From: Paraphysomonas bandaiensis | Taxonomy: Eukaryota > Protista > Chrysophyceae | Length of the DNA: 64,000 bases | Reading direction: 5' to 3' | NCBI GenBank assembly: GCA_965644295.1 | Contig: CBFFRP010000184.1 | Coordinates: forward strand, 74,060-138,059 | In this document: in pieces, positions 1 to 17,100 of the stretch | Position numbering within the stretch: the first letter of the stretch is position 1 | How the letters are laid out: the number at the start of each line of letters is the position of its first letter | The notes under the pieces: generated by a model | Database searches by the model: none | What the model saw: only the letters and a program-made list of their open reading frames with translations | Told to the model about the DNA's origin: nothing | Position numbers and translations under genes: made by a program

Positions 1-1978
1 ATATCAATAACTTGGAAAGGCTCCAACGACAATATTGAGTCCGACAAAACTACATCAAGGACATCAGTAACTGGGGAAATCGTTAGTTGAACTACTGCTT
101 CTTCCGAACTACGCTCACTGACGGAGCAACTTACGGAGTAAGAAAGCCAATCACTACCAGAAAAATCTTTTATCGGCCAATATAATACTGTGTTCGACGT
201 TAACGTACTTCCAGAAAACAATTGAGTCCCAGGATCTAGACTAGGAAAAGGTGCGGTATTTATGCCATCTGGAGCGTCAAATAATAATCCATTTTCGGGA
301 AGAGATACAATCCGAAACTCCAAATTCGAGCCTAGAGAATCCGAACTATTTAACATGATCAGCACAGGGTGGTCTTCCGATGTCGTGACAGTATCCGATA
401 TCGGTGCCTTAGATGTTACCCATTTGTCATTCGCAGACAGCTGTAGCTCCATCGAATATAAAGGAGAGAATGTCGCTTGCAAGTCATTAGTCATACTAGT
501 AGTATATACCCCACGCCCTTCATCAAATGAAAAATAGGCAATGACGTGACTTAGATCGCGTTCTTCCGGGGTAGATTTGAATAGCCGCAATATATCTGCT
601 TCCACTGATATATTCCAAAGACTTAGCGAGTCCATAAGACCAGGATAATCTGTGGAATTATCGCTATCCATCACTCGTGGGGCGCCAATATACAGCATGT
701 CTCCGTTATCAGGAATCACATCGGCAATCCATTTATTGGAAGCTACTTCAGTGCCATTCACGAACACACGGACATATTGGCCATCCCATGTAACACCCAA
801 ATGAAACCAACTAACGAAATCATGGATTTTAGAGTTACCAATATTGGACCGCCACTCAAATGCCCAGTTCAAGCTACTACCGTCATCTGGGCGTGTCTCA
901 CCGAACTGCACACTGATCCAACGATCACCGGAAACAACGTCATCTGACATTACCATTCTAAGCCCAAGTGACTGATCAGTCGTTTTTTCAAGTAAAACCA
1001 TGTCGCCAATTAAATTCTGTAACGGGGGAAGCTGAAGCCACATCATTGCGCTGAATTGCATCAACGATCCGAAGGAACCTGAAGTATCAACATTGAGGCC
1101 GAAACCGTCCAGATCAACAGCAAAACCAGAGCTGCCAGCAACGACTGGATAATGAATTCTTTGGGCCATACGTAAAAAATTCAGTTCGTCACAAGAAAGG
1201 GCACTCGCATATACAAAGAGGTTATCAACATGTCCAATGAAACCTGGTGCATCAGGAGCACCACCCACGAGTAGCGCCCCCTCGGCGGGCTTAAACATGG
1301 AATCCAAAGCGGCGTACACCTCCCCGTCAACGATCAGGGTAGATTCACCAGTGAGTGCATTGTATGATACAGCCACAAACATCCACTCGTTTGGCCGCAA
1401 CGTGTGACTATTATTGTTTGGAGTTGCACATGCCCGAAGTCCTCCATCAATAACGACCCCCCTCTGACAGCCGGCGGAGCTGAAATTGCTGTGGGTAAAC
1501 AAATATCTAGGGCGATGATTATACATTAACGTATTAAAGGATAACTACGTATGACATACCTATCACGTGATAGTTTACTGTCTTTTGAAGAAGGTCGAAT
1601 CCATGCGCCAATAGTTAAGCTCGGCATACTTGTTGGATTAAGGTTTAAAGGAACTTCAATGAAGCTGCTACCATCAAAGAACAGACTCCATCCTTGAACA
1701 GCGATAGAGGAAGGCTTGGCCCCATAATTGACAGCCGGACCGGATAGTCTGAAAATAAATAATCAAAAATTTTGAAAATAAACATACACCTACCGTTCAT
1801 ACTGTGCGTCGCCGAATGGTGCAGCATTGAATAAATCATCAGGCTCCAAAGGAAAGAATCCGACCAGACGATCTTGCTTCAACAACGAGTAAGGCTCATA
1901 CTCCAATGGAGATGACGCCGTTCTCGCAATAACAGCCGCAAAAAGTAAAAATAATATGACAGTACTGCTACTCAACAT
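1..1978 (-). CDS. Secreted/surface protein with two LamG (concanavalin A-like) domains followed by a cadherin/Ig-like repeat; multi-exon, 3' end runs off the window
   Basis: ATG at 1978 starts a signal-peptide-like MLSSSTVILFLLFAAVIARTA. The minus-strand exon carries LamG-type motifs EWMFVAVSYNALTGESTLIVDGE and WFHLGVTWDGQYVRVFVNG, then YWPIKDFSGSDWLSYSV. GT-AG introns lie near 1500-1560 and 1745-1790. Confidence 0.7.
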
Positions 1979-2622
1979 CCTCTAAAAGAAATATAAACAA
2001 CTCATAAAATTTCTAGCCATAATGCACCGCTGCACAAAATATAATATTATAAGAGATATATACACATTAATTTGCGATGTGGTCGTGTAATAAATACTTG
2101 ATCACAGTTTTGTGGTGCACACTGGTGGTTTAATGAGGTGTGTTTCACCATATCAGGCGTTTTGCTATTCAAAAGGGCGATCGATGTGTGTAGTTGGTTG
2201 TATTGTCTTGTATATTGGACACCTGTCGTTTCCTTTTCAGTCTACAATAAAACACATACATACCGCACACCGTTCTCAACGGAATGTTTTTTGCATACTT
2301 CTGTGCTGCAGTGGGATTCCTACCGCTGTATTCCATACTGTATTGCAGTAGATACTTGTTTGTACTGTACCGCTGTGGTTGTACCTGGCTGTATTAGAAG
2401 GAGCATCGAAACAGGTACGCATGCCAAATCACATACGCTGCCGCACAGTAGTAGGATTCCCAAGTGCATATACCTCTATACCATATCCAGATATGCTTGA
2501 GAATTGATTAGAGAAGAATGTTCCTTTACATGCATAAGTGAGTCCAGCAAAACTGCACATTAAGCAGATAGCAACTCTGTTATGTACTATTAATTGTTTT
2601 ACTACGATGAGCATCATTCAAT

Positions 2623-5279
<2,657 letters not shown>

Positions 5280-5380
5280 CCACCCTCACATGCCGGTATT
5301 TTTCAGTGGTGTGCATTGCACTCTTTAAGAATTAGGCTGACATGTAGGGTGGTGAACTGTAACTGCATAGTTTTATGGAC

Positions 5381-5441
5381 CTCGTCCGTGAATGACTTAG
5401 GTTGCGTTGATGCCAACGTGTCTTGATGATAACGGACTGAG
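5381..5441 (+). promoter_or_regulatory. SECIS element in the SelO 3' UTR
   Basis: Helix I is GTCCGT/ACGGAC. The core is A-TGAC (5392-5396) paired with TGAT (5427-5430), the non-Watson-Crick quartet with tandem G.A/A.G. Helix II is TTAGG-T-TGCGTTG / CAACGTG-T-CTTGA (13 positions) with an ATGC loop. It lies ~110 nt downstream of the in-frame UGA. Confidence 0.82.
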
Positions 5442-5806
5442 ACTTTCTATACAACAATTTCGTTGTTTGTTGTATTACTGCTAGCCGAATGTGAAGGAAA
5501 TATATGATATTGTAGAGTACATTGGAAAGGAGTAATATATTACATAGTTTTACTTTTCATAGCTTATTTACTACTAGTTTTTTAGTGGAAGAATTCTACG
5601 ACTGCTTCAAACTCTATTGATGAGTAAAAATAAATAGATCATTGCTATTAATCAGGTGTCTTCGTTATATTTTTAGAGAAATGAAGGCATTAATCAAGGT
5701 CTAATGGTTATGAGGAGCTGTTGATTTTAGTGCCAAGAATTATTGCTATCCATCCCTAACATCTGATATATCCATTGGTAATGTAGTGGTGGAGATATTA
5801 CTAATT

Positions 5807-6300
5807 CCCTCAACAAAAAGTCGGACTCGCACCTTTTCGTGGTGTTCTGGGGGATAACTACCGGAGATATATCTCCGCCGGGAATCTAACGTAAGCCGAA
5901 TATATGGCCAGCAGATTTTGTTCTACCTATTCATAGCCTAATGCTTGTGTGGTACAAAGACACTAATTAGTGTCAACTGTGTAGACATCTTTGGTCCCCG
6001 ATGAATAAAGACAGGCATCCGGGAATAGGCCCACCTCAAGGGCGCGCATCCGGGGTATTGGGCTGACTGATGAAGTCAAGCATCCGGGATGTTCACCTTA
6101 AGGACTCAAAGATCCCGAAGTTAGCAAATGTCAGGTATATCAACATTCTGCTTGCTCACTGCGTTTGCTTTGAGTGATAGAGCGAAAGTGGTTGCACCTT
6201 GGTACTTGCGGTGACGCACACGAAGCTTTCGTAGCGATAAATAGTAGGATATCAGAGTTAAGAATTAAGCACTGACCCTTAGACGCCTATTGCTAATAAT
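5807..6300 (+). mobile_element. Structured dispersed repeat, type A full-length copy (SINE-like or non-LTR retrotransposon 3' segment)
   Basis: Colinear homology to 58448-59033 (+) and 40981-41178 (-). The 3' core and the terminal box ACGCCTATTGCTAATAAT are shared with 35442-35683; the core and a diverged box with 57363-57600. Confidence 0.8.
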
Positions 6301-6573
6301 ATTACTGATATTACTAATTCTTGTTTATATACATTTATGGACTATAAAAGCCCAGTACTACTGAGTCAGAAATTTTAAATATCTACCATTGCAATCATTG
6401 TGTTGCGGTCATATGGGAGACCGTTTGTCAGAAAATCTCTAGTTGACAGTAATTTACGAGTATTCATATGTGTTGGGATAATAGGGATGTTTTACTCAAG
6501 ATAATATATTATTTAATTACAAATTTCTTGAAATAATTCTATATCATCATACACCAAAAAATAAATACATTAA

Positions 6574-8099
6574 CTAGCTTTGAAGCAAAGACGGCAAGTC
6601 CGCAATTCTTGTATTTAAACCGGCATTCACTTCTGCTGCATGGTTGTTTTCTTTAGACAAAACTCTCACTAATCCTGCGAGCTCTTCCCTTTTATCATCT
6701 GCATCAAGAAAAGCATTCTGTAACTCCGTAACTTGTGATATGAGTGTTCTCTCAATATTCTTGTAGAACTCAACCTGTTTCTCAGCATCCTCTAACTTTA
6801 CCTCTAGCCTCTTTACACGTTCTTCGCAGCCCTCGTGGTCAGACAACACCCTCTCGTACTCATTGACTCGCCGCTCCGTTTCTTGCAGGTTAGTGGTAAT
6901 GATACCGATATCAGTACATTGAGAATCCAACTTTTCGCGAAGATCACCAATAACTTTTTCTTTCACTCGGATCTCATGTTGATGTGTGCTGGAAAGAGTA
7001 TTGATACGTTCATTGAGATCAGTCACTGATCTTACAGTTCCAGAGTGCTGTGTCTTGAGTGTTTGAATAGCATTAAATAGGTTATGCAAGGCTACATCGA
7101 CCTGATTTGTCTGGCAATAAACACAATAAATGCATGACATTGACCTGGAGTACATATGATACGCACCTCCGCTGTAGAGTTTGGACTGTGAGTAGAGTCT
7201 CCAAGACCAATACTCTTTGTTGCAGATTCAACGCATGACACAGCGTAATCTACCCGTTCCTTCAAGCTTTTGCATACCAATTCAAGCTCCTTTACTTGCA
7301 TTGATAAGGAATCTATTTTTTCTAGGTCATCAGGGTTGTGCTTAACCTCAGCGTCAGTGGCAATTTGTTTGTATGCGTTCAATTCATTCAACAGCACCTC
7401 ATTTGCTAGTTCGGAATCCTTGAGCTGCTGCTTCAAGTCATTGTTCTCAATTTCTAGACTTTCATTGCATGATACAATCTTCTGCGATTTATTTCCCAAT
7501 TCATCTAATTGCACTTTCAGCTTGGAGTTTTCCGACATGTATCTTTCCAAGACGCTCTTTTCCTCGCAGTTTCCCGCTGGTTTTGTCACAGTCATCTGCT
7601 CTCTCTTAAGCAGAACATGAAAGTCCATCAAGCGATCAACAAGTGCTAGGTGTGTAGGAAGTGAGTGTAGGTCTGCGTTGATAGTTCCAGATCGAGAGTT
7701 ACGTCTATAGTTCGTAGGAAAGCCTTCACTTGTTTGCTTCAAGACTTCTCTATCAATCTCAGCAACCCGATCGAGAACTTTATCAATAAGTTTCGACTTG
7801 AATTCACTCGCATTGTATAGGGCACGACCCGATTCTATATTACTTCTGATGGTATTAGCGTACGAAGAGCTAGTGGTCAATGTAGTACATTCTGGGTGTT
7901 GTAATGCCGGTTGAACTTTTCGAAGATCACCCAGTTTTCTGGACAAAATTTCGATGTCTTTCTCCAATAATCGAATTCTATCAACATCCACAGAATCTGC
8001 AACACAGGTCTGCATCTGCTGTGCACTTTTTACGAGCTTGGAGTGTCCAGGAGCCTTTGCAATTCTCGACTTAACTGGGCACTTTGGATAAGCCTTCAT
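6574..8099 (-). CDS. Coiled-coil protein of unknown function, two exons
   Basis: ORFs 7092-8099 and 6574-7155 join through a GT-AG intron (STAE|TNQVDVALHN). Heptad-rich, E/K/L-rich sequence. Confidence 0.75.
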
Positions 8100-9889
8100 A
8101 GTCTTTATAATTCACTCCAATCGGTTTATATATCAGTGTGGAACACAAATCATATCACCACGATTAACAATCTCATCATTTCGAAACGACTATATTATGT
8201 CTGCTGCTCGTACTGTATAGCCGGTGGACAAACACTTCGCTCCAAAAAACGCCATTTTACCCCTTCAAGTTATGTTACAATACAGGCCTATAGACTCCCA
8301 ATACTTCGTTATGATTGGATATGATTTCGGCGTCATAGAACTGAGCATTGCTCAGATTATTAATCACTTCAAGAACTGACTTCGTCGATCTGAACGAATG
8401 TTGAAGAAAGTCTAGTTCGCATTACTGTACCTGCTTTGAACACCCTCCTGCAGAGTTCCCACTACCTATTGAGACTACGCAAAGTTTTCTAATTAGTTGA
8501 CTGCACTGCATTTCATGAGGCCTTTAGGCGGACCAGTGAATGAGTGACAATCTCATGAAATTGACCTCGTACAACAGGTGGATGCATAAATTTGGAATTA
8601 CGTATCAATCATAGAACTCTCGCATAGGTTTATACATGCTGTATATAGCTCACGATCATGTATATACTTCTCTTCAAGAATACAACAACTAGGTATTGTT
8701 GATGAGATCAGAGATCTCATGGTCCAAATGTATTCTTAAATCACAACTGATGACAATGAATAACTCTATGGGTATTATATATCTTGGAGGATCTTTTTGT
8801 CGATTATTGTTTCTCATATTCCTACATCCAGTTCTTTGATGAGCTGTGGTAGTGCATCGTGTCGTTGTTGCTCTCCTCCCGCAGAGATTGTTAGTTCATA
8901 ACTCGTTGCTCTACAATGTGAATGACACTAACCTAAACTAAGTAAGGTGTTTTCTTCTAATTCTTTCTGCTCAACATACAAAATATTATTGAGGTGTTCC
9001 TCTTTCCTCTGACACCTCTTTGTGAAGATGCTGGTCATAAAACGAGGTCTTGCATACAAAAACAAAAAACACTAATCGAATTTTACAAAAACCCAAATGC
9101 AATATATAATTTATACGATATTACGGTTACAACTAAAGTACCAAGTGAACACTTTGCAGTTTGCAGGGCTGCGTAACAATTAATTGACGCAGGTTGTTGT
9201 AATTATAAATGCAATCATTACTTGCTGTCTCAATATACATTAATTGATACGTACGTATATAGCTATACATTAGCTGCCAATATAACTTGCTCAATTGTCA
9301 CTTCATTTCAGAGGAAACGATTGCGTCAATGCACGAGTAGCTCTAAAATCCAAGGAGTCATGCTCTTGTGCCAACCAGTCATTACGATCCTAACTTTACT
9401 CAATAACCTTTCAACCCGTTTGGTTATGGCATGCAAGTGCTTCATGTTGCGGTATCGAGTTTGTTTAGACCTGCAATTTCTATAATAGACAACTAACTGA
9501 ATCAACTATTTAATCGTTACGCAGTTCCGACACTTAGCACCAGACTACAACGGTGCATCACTGTCTAGAGCTCCGCCGTATAAGCATGATAGGGTACTAC
9601 GTTGTGTAGCTATTTTACTGTCCTATATGCGGCTAAGAAAATGCTAACTTATCATATTGTAAATCACAAGTCAAATTAATTTTAAAAATTGCATCAATCG
9701 TGCGTAATTCTGAGCACTAAGATAAATCGTATGATACCAATGTTTATGACACCGGTGCTGCAATCGCGTGTCGAATCTGACGTCGCTGAAAATAGTCCGA
9801 TGCATAAAAGCCTTGACACAGGTCACCTGACGCATGCAAAAGTAAGAATCCCAGGTTTTACAAAAATAATCCTTCAGAGCAGAACAAAC

Positions 9890-10214
9890 ATGCCTCAAGT
9901 GGATCAATTGGAGTAGTATGAATCATCACTTAGAATATGATTATCGAATTCATCATCAGCATGACTATTAACGTACAAGCCATTTCAGTGATCTTACCTA
10001 AAACTTGTGATCATATTCTGAATTTCCTCGAGTACACACGATGACTAGCCATTCCACATGCTATAGCTCTACATATGCATATAAATGTCAAGTAGGAAAA
10101 ATGAGACAATGCTGTATGAAATCTCCAAAGAGCGCAAGTTATGCCTCAAGTGGATCAATTGGAGTAGTATAAATCATCACAATATGTAAGATTATCGAAT
10201 TCATCATCAGCATG
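9890..10214. repeat. Direct duplication of ~74 bp (9890-9963 and 10141-10214)
   Basis: ATGCCTCAAGTGGATCAATTGGAGTAGTAT...GATTATCGAATTCATCATCAGCATG occurs twice, 251 bp apart. Confidence 0.85.
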
Positions 10215-11133
10215 TTCGCGTATATTTATAAAACTGTGTCTATAGTGTGTGTCCACTTACATTGCATACTGTTCCCGGACAACCACACATCCATCAGATG
10301 GATTTAGCCAAAAGAAGGTTAGGCAACTGCAACAACTATGAATTGAAGCAAGAAAACATACACGTGGAAGCTTATGTACGTATTTCTATATCATTATACA
10401 ATATGTGCCATGGCTATGACTCGTTCTTCTCCTATCGCGAAATAAATTTCACGGACCCCCAAAGGGGTAACGATTTACGCAATGAAGAAAGCCAGAATAT
10501 AATTCTAAGCAATTCCACACCACTACGCCGAGGAGACGATCTTAAGGTCCTTGGTTAGGATGAGCACTGGAATAACTCCAGTTGACATCAACCAATTTAA
10601 TATGTCCCAAACAATTTCGATACATCAAGTCATATGACGCATCATCAATTGCATAGGGATAGGTATACAGAGCAAAGTCTAAAAACAACTGTACCTTCCA
10701 TTTTTCGAATACTGATGCTTCTGGCAGAGCTTACATGTGTTTAGTCTTCAGCTGACCCGATCAGAATCTGTACTGAACATGATAGTCACGCACAGCACAG
10801 GAGTGAATTTATGTCATACTTCTGTGTTTGAATAGTGGGGCCTGCTGCTGCATGACATGCATCTCTGTCCACACAATTTTCTCCCCCCATATCGTCCACA
10901 TATTCCACCCGCATGAATAATACACTGTATTCTATTCCTGTATGTCTAGATTGGATACGATGACCACTGACAGAAAAGAACAGAACGAAGTGACAAGAAA
11001 AGTATCTTCTCGTCACCCAAATCGAAATGAATGCATGCGTGATGTCAGAGTGATCCTTCAGTTCCATTTGATCGTCACATATGTTTAAGCTCACTATTTA
11101 CATTTAAACGACATAGAAAGCGCCCTTGATATA

Positions 11134-14100
11134 ATGCAACGATCGTCCACACCAACAATGAGTTCGTCTTCTCACATTGCTTTGATCAGTCTGATAGTTG
11201 ATGTGCAGATGTCCTGGTCAACCTCGACACTAAAGGCAAGTTAGTTCTAGCTGACGGGGATGAGATACAGGTTCAGTCAGCCATTTCAAAGTATTATTTG
11301 CTCATGGAACTGCAGGGGTATTCTTTCGGTGCGAATAAGTCGATGGCAGGAGAGGTTGTGTTCAACACAGGCATGGTTGGGTACGTGACTATTACTTATC
11401 CTTCCACTCAACCCACTCTTCCAATGCATTCTTTGGCATATCGTCTTTGCACAAACCCGTATTGTCTTCTACTGCATAACGTTTACATAGATACCCTGAA
11501 TCTCTCACTGACCCTTCATACTGCGGACAGATTCTGGTCTTGACATTTCCGATGATTGGAAATTACGGTCGTTCGCTGATTCGTATATGGCGATTTGTTT
11601 TATTTCTCTTTTAGGGGTACCCAGTGATTCTAAGGACGAAAATGGTTTGTTAAAGTACTTTGAAAGTAGGAAAATCCAAGTAGCGGGATTAATAGTGGCG
11701 GAATATTCTCAAACATATAGTCACTGGAATGCCGCCAAGTCTCTCGGACAATGGCTCTCTGAAGCAGGTGTGTAACCTTGTGTCTGGGTAATTCAGTTAG
11801 TTTAAGTGCGTGGGGTATTACGAGGTTCATATTCGTTTCATTCGACAGATCTCTGTTGCGTTGAGTCAGTATTCTTTCACAATATATTACACTGTATCAT
11901 ATATAGGTATCCCGGCACTATATGGGATTGATACTCGGCGACTGACAAAGAAGATTCGCATCCATGGCTCGATACTGGGTAAGATCGAGTTTGCTGGACA
12001 GGCAATTCCCTTTGAAGGTGTGATTATATCAATAACTTTCTTATTTTAAATTTCCTTATCATACACTTCACACATTATTAATGTCAAGTTTTAAATCTCA
12101 TGCACCTTTTATAGATCCAAACACTCGAAACCTTGTGGCAGAAGTTTCAACGAAGGTAGCACCGTGTTGAACATCTTTAGTTTTGGTGGATATTTTAGAT
12201 ATATTATCATTTATCGAGGTTTTATTCACATCTAAAGCGTCACTGCGGTGTTTAGGTGTGCTACAGTCTGGGGGACGAGAATTCATCGGTGCATATCCTA
12301 GCCTTTGATTGTGGCATAAAATACAACATTCTCCGATACTTTGTTGATACTCATGTCAGTGTCATTTGAACTACATAATCTTGTCAGCTAATCGTTCTCT
12401 GTTCTGTAGTGTGTACGGCTTACAGTTGTACCGTACAACTACCCTCTTGAAAGTAACCCAGAGTCAATCAGTTATGACGGAATTTTTTTGTCCAACGGAC
12501 CCGGAGATCCTGCTATATGCAAGGAAACCATTGCGTCTCTCAAGGTAAGTCGTTATTTCACTGTGGTAATACGATGTTGATTTTCATTGCGCACTGGAAA
12601 TATTAAATTGTCTTGAAATTGTTATTTGTTCACCTACTATGATGAATGTACGATTGACTTGGCGCACAGTGGGCAATGGAACGAGAGAATCCCAAGCCCA
12701 TATTTGGGATATGTTTAGGTGTTCTGTTATGCGATGAGCGTTCCTGTTATAATTAAATCACGTAGGCAACCAGCTTATGGCACTTGCATGTGGTGGAAAG
12801 ACATATAAAATGACATATGGCAACAGGTGGGCATCGTGAGCGTGTTGTTGCGATGTCATTACGTAATTATGTAGGGGAATGAATCAACCATGTATTGATC
12901 TTCAGACTTCTAAGTGTTATATCACACCTCAGGTTTCAGTATACTATATAGATTGAACGTTCATTGTTATGTTGTTGGAATAGCTAAAGCGATTTGTGTG
13001 TGTAGAATCATGGATTTGCAGTAGATAATGCTTCTCTTCCACCTCACTGGCAGCCTCTATTTATCAACGCCAATGACCTCTCGAATGAGGGCATTATACA
13101 CACATCAAAGTGAGTTATGTTGCTTTGAACTTGCGCTATTCATGTTCAGTCACTGTGACGATTCCGATATGCTCCACTAACTGATGTTATTTTTCGATAT
13201 AGACCATTTTTTTCAGTACAATTTCATCCAGAGGCCCAAGGAGGACCTACTGAATCTTCTTTCCTCTTTGACACTTTCCTTGACATCGTCCGCGGAACAG
13301 CACAGATAAGGAGTCTCCTCAGCCCCTTGATATACGAGAGATCCGTTGTGAGAAAAGTGCTACTAGTAGGAAGCGGTGGTCTCTCGATTGGGCAGGTATT
13401 GTTGCACAAGGCCATGCATATTGAGTGTAGTTTTGAATATTTGTTTTCTCGGTTTGATTTTCAGATGTGGTATTTAGGCTGGCGAGTTTGACTACAGTGG
13501 GTCCCAAGCATGCAAAGCACTCAAAGAAGAGGGTATTGAAGTAATAGTCATCAATCCGAATATAGCTACTGTGCAGACTTCGAAAAACCTTGGTAGAGCA
13601 TCTCCTGACAAGGTCTACTTCCTTCCTATCAGGTTCTAACTCTTCCTACTCTTGTTTTAGTTTGACTGCAATATTATGAAACATTTGTTGACTTATCTAT
13701 TCCATTGTTTCACGAAATTGACAAGGGCCCATGTGATCGAGGAAATTATTGCCAAAGAGCGCCCAGATGGAATTATAGTTAGCATGGGCGGACAGACAGC
13801 TCTCAATGTTGGCATCGAACTGTGGCGTTCTGGAGTATTTGAAAAATATTCATGCAAGGTACCGATTCTGTTAAATAAATACTTTGTTTGAATCATTTCT
13901 GAGGTGCTGGGCACTCCAATTGATACTATCATTGCCACAGAAGATCGCGAGCTGTTCAGTCAAAAGCTCGCAGAAATAAATGAGTCTCTGGCCTTATCAT
14001 ACAGGTAAATTTTACTATCCTTGCAGTTTACATCATAAATGTATGTAAATTTAGTGCAAGTAATGTCGACGAAGCGTTGCAAGTTGCATCAAAGGTTTTT

Positions 14101-17100
14101 AGTTGCGCTATATGTCAATTCACATGGACTCATTTAGCATAGATTGGGTATCCTGTGCTTGTTCGAGCAGCTTTCGCACTGGGAGGACTAGGCAGTGGTT
14201 TTGCAGATAATGCCGACGAGCTGCGTATACAGTGCGAAAAGGTGCTTCAGTGAGTAATAAGTTTGGAGAATACCTCAAGCTTGCGCAGGCTTTCGCGATA
14301 TCCAGCCAGATACTAATCGACCAGGACCTTCGCGGTTGGAAGGAGGTATATTTCTATTTAATTGATAGTATAGGCAGCATAACACATACTTACCAGGTGG
14401 AGTATGAAGTAGTTCGAGACTGTCGTGACAACTGCATCACTGTCTGTAACATGGAGAATTTTGATCCTCTTGGAGTGCACACTGGAGACAGTATTGTAGT
14501 GGCACCATCACAAACACTCACCAACAGGCATGTGGTTGTTGCAGAAGCGATTCTGAGTTTATAGTGCTTCCGTAGCGAGTACTTCAAACTGAGGTCTACA
14601 GCTCTTAAAGTCATTCGTGCCTTGAAGATTGTGGGAGAATGCAATATTCAATACGCACTAAATCCCGTTAGTGAAGAATATTGTATTATTGAGGTACGAT
14701 AATTATAGATTTGAGGTGTATATAACACTTGAGATACATATAGGTAAATGCTCGACTCTCCCGCTCTTCTGCTTTGGCATCGAAAGCAACAGGTCAATGA
14801 CTCCCTATATCATTGTCTCTCATAATGACAACAGGCTACCCACTGGCCTACGTTGCGACCAAGCTGAGTATTGGACAAGACTTGGTCAGCATTCGTAATA
14901 GTGTAAACAAGACAACCACAGCGTGTTTCGAGCCGTCGTTGGATTATTGTGTTGTAAAAGTAATCACACTAAAGTCGGTAGGATATGCTGGTATCTAAGC
15001 TATCATAGGTTCCTCGTTGGGATCTAGCTAAATTTAACCGGGTATCGACGAAGTTAGGTAGAAATTTGGTTATCTATATTATTGTTTCAATATTTGACAG
15101 GCAGCAGTATGACTTCTGTTGGCGAGGTGATGGCCATAGGAAGAAATTTTGAGGAAGCTATTCAGAAGGCTGTACGAATGGTACCTGAATATTGAAACGT
15201 TTGTCAATTCTCTCATATGAATTTAGGTGAGTGGTGGGAGGTTAGATGGGTTGGATGGAGAAAAGATGAGGAGCGGCACAAGTGTGAAAGTAGAATCATC
15301 TGATTTGGACGTAATGCTGAGAGTCCCAACTGACACGAGGTTGGTATGGTGCAGTGGCATATTCATTACGCCTAATGTTGTCATCCACTAGGCTCGCTGC
15401 TGTACAGACAGCTTTAGAACAAGGTTATAGTGTTGACGAGGTATGTTACGGATCGTATATAGCAGTGTTTTATTCAGCTGCTGTAGATCCATTCCCTAAG
15501 TCGAATCGATAAGTGGTTTCTGTCGAAACTAAAAAAAATTGCCTCTCTCAAGGAGGAAATCTCTCGCTACAGGTATGTATTGAGCACTCGAGCTTGGTAA
15601 TATTCATGCTTGCTGTCGTTCAGTTTTGACCAGTTGAGTCCAGAACACATCAAAACAATGAAATGTGCTGGCTTTTCGGATTCACAGATTGCGAGATATA
15701 CGAAGTCTTCTGAGTTTGTGGTATGTAGTGTCGTTCACTCAAACATCTGTAGGTCATAAATGCAACTCAGATACGCCGTAGGAGGCAGCAGTGGGGCATA
15801 ACACCATTTTGCAAACAGATTGATACACTTGCTGCTGAGTTCCCCGCTGAAACCAACTATCTTTACATGACTTATAACGGAACTGAACATGATGTTGTAG
15901 TGGAGACTGGTCCAAGCGGAGGAGGTGTAATGGTACGCATTACAAGTGTAATCACGCGGAGGATTGGTAATAAACATTGTTCCTGCTATACCTCTATTTA
16001 TAGGTGCTTGGTTGCGGTGCTTATTGTATCGGGAGCTCTGTTGAGTTTGATTGGTGTGCAGTTAGCGCTGTCCGACAGGTACTAATACTGTGAATACTAC
16101 AGACTGCATCTCTTATTTCCAATTCAGCTCCGTTCTATGGGTGACAAGGCCATCGTTGTAAACTACAACCCAGAGACAGTCAGCACTGACTTCGATGAGT
16201 CGGACAAGTACGGTTTCAAATAGTGCTGTTGTGGTGTTTTTAGTCGATCTAGGTTGTACTTCGAGGAGCTGACTCAAGAGCGCGTTTTAGATATATATGA
16301 GCTTGAGAAAAGCGTGGGTGTCATAGTCTCTGTCGGAGGCCAAATACCTAATAACCTCGCTATGACGCTGCACCAGCAGGTATAGCTGTGTATACGTCCT
16401 TTGACCTCGAAATTATGCTGCATGGTATCAGGGGGTACATATTCTAGGAACATCTCCGGAGAACATTAACAAGGCAGAAGACAGGTAACTACGCCCGAGA
16501 TGAAATCCGCATAATAAATTTTTTAAAATGGTCTCTCAACAGGCACCTATTTAGCGCCATGCTCGACAAAATTAAGGTTATGTGATATCTGTATCTTCTT
16601 AATATGATCGTAACTTTGCTTCCAGGTTGACCAACCCGAGTGGTCAGAATTGACAACCAAAGAAGACGCCTTCTCGTTTGCGGCTCAAGTTGGCTACCCG
16701 GTATGTATTTGTAATACTATGTCACGCTTTTAAATTGTGCGATATGATTGTATTAATTAGCATGTACTATCATACGCTAATTTTATTTATCTTTCTTCAG
16801 GTTCTTGTACGACCGTCGTTCGTTCTGTCAGGTTGTGTATAAATTGCATGTAATTTCTGATTTGACTGGTCACGGTTCAGGCGCTGCAATGGCAGTAGCA
16901 TGTACTGAAAGCGAGCTCACGAACTGCTTATCAGGTGATGTTAGTATATACATCTTAAGCTGTGCGTATGTGCGTAAAGTTATGCGAGCTCACTTTTTCC
17001 ATGATTTTGATATACTGCAGCTGCGGAAGAAATTTCACAAGACAAGCCAGTGGTTATCAGCAAGTTTATGACAAGCTGCAAGGAGATTGAGTTTGATGCT

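Noticed and set aside
6028-6056. CCC-ACCTCAA-GGG as P3/L3 of an HDV-like ribozyme
   Set aside because: The loop is not conserved (ACCAGAA at ~58669) and no consistent P1/P2 pseudoknot could be built by eye.
6067-6073. CTGATGA in the type A repeat as a hammerhead ribozyme core
   Set aside because: The other two copies read CTGCTGA, and there is no correctly placed GAAA/stem II.
6015-6088. Three GCATCCGGG 9-mers spaced 31-34 bp apart as a mini CRISPR-like array
   Set aside because: The repeats are too short, they degenerate in the second copy, the spacers are not copy-unique, and there are no cas genes.
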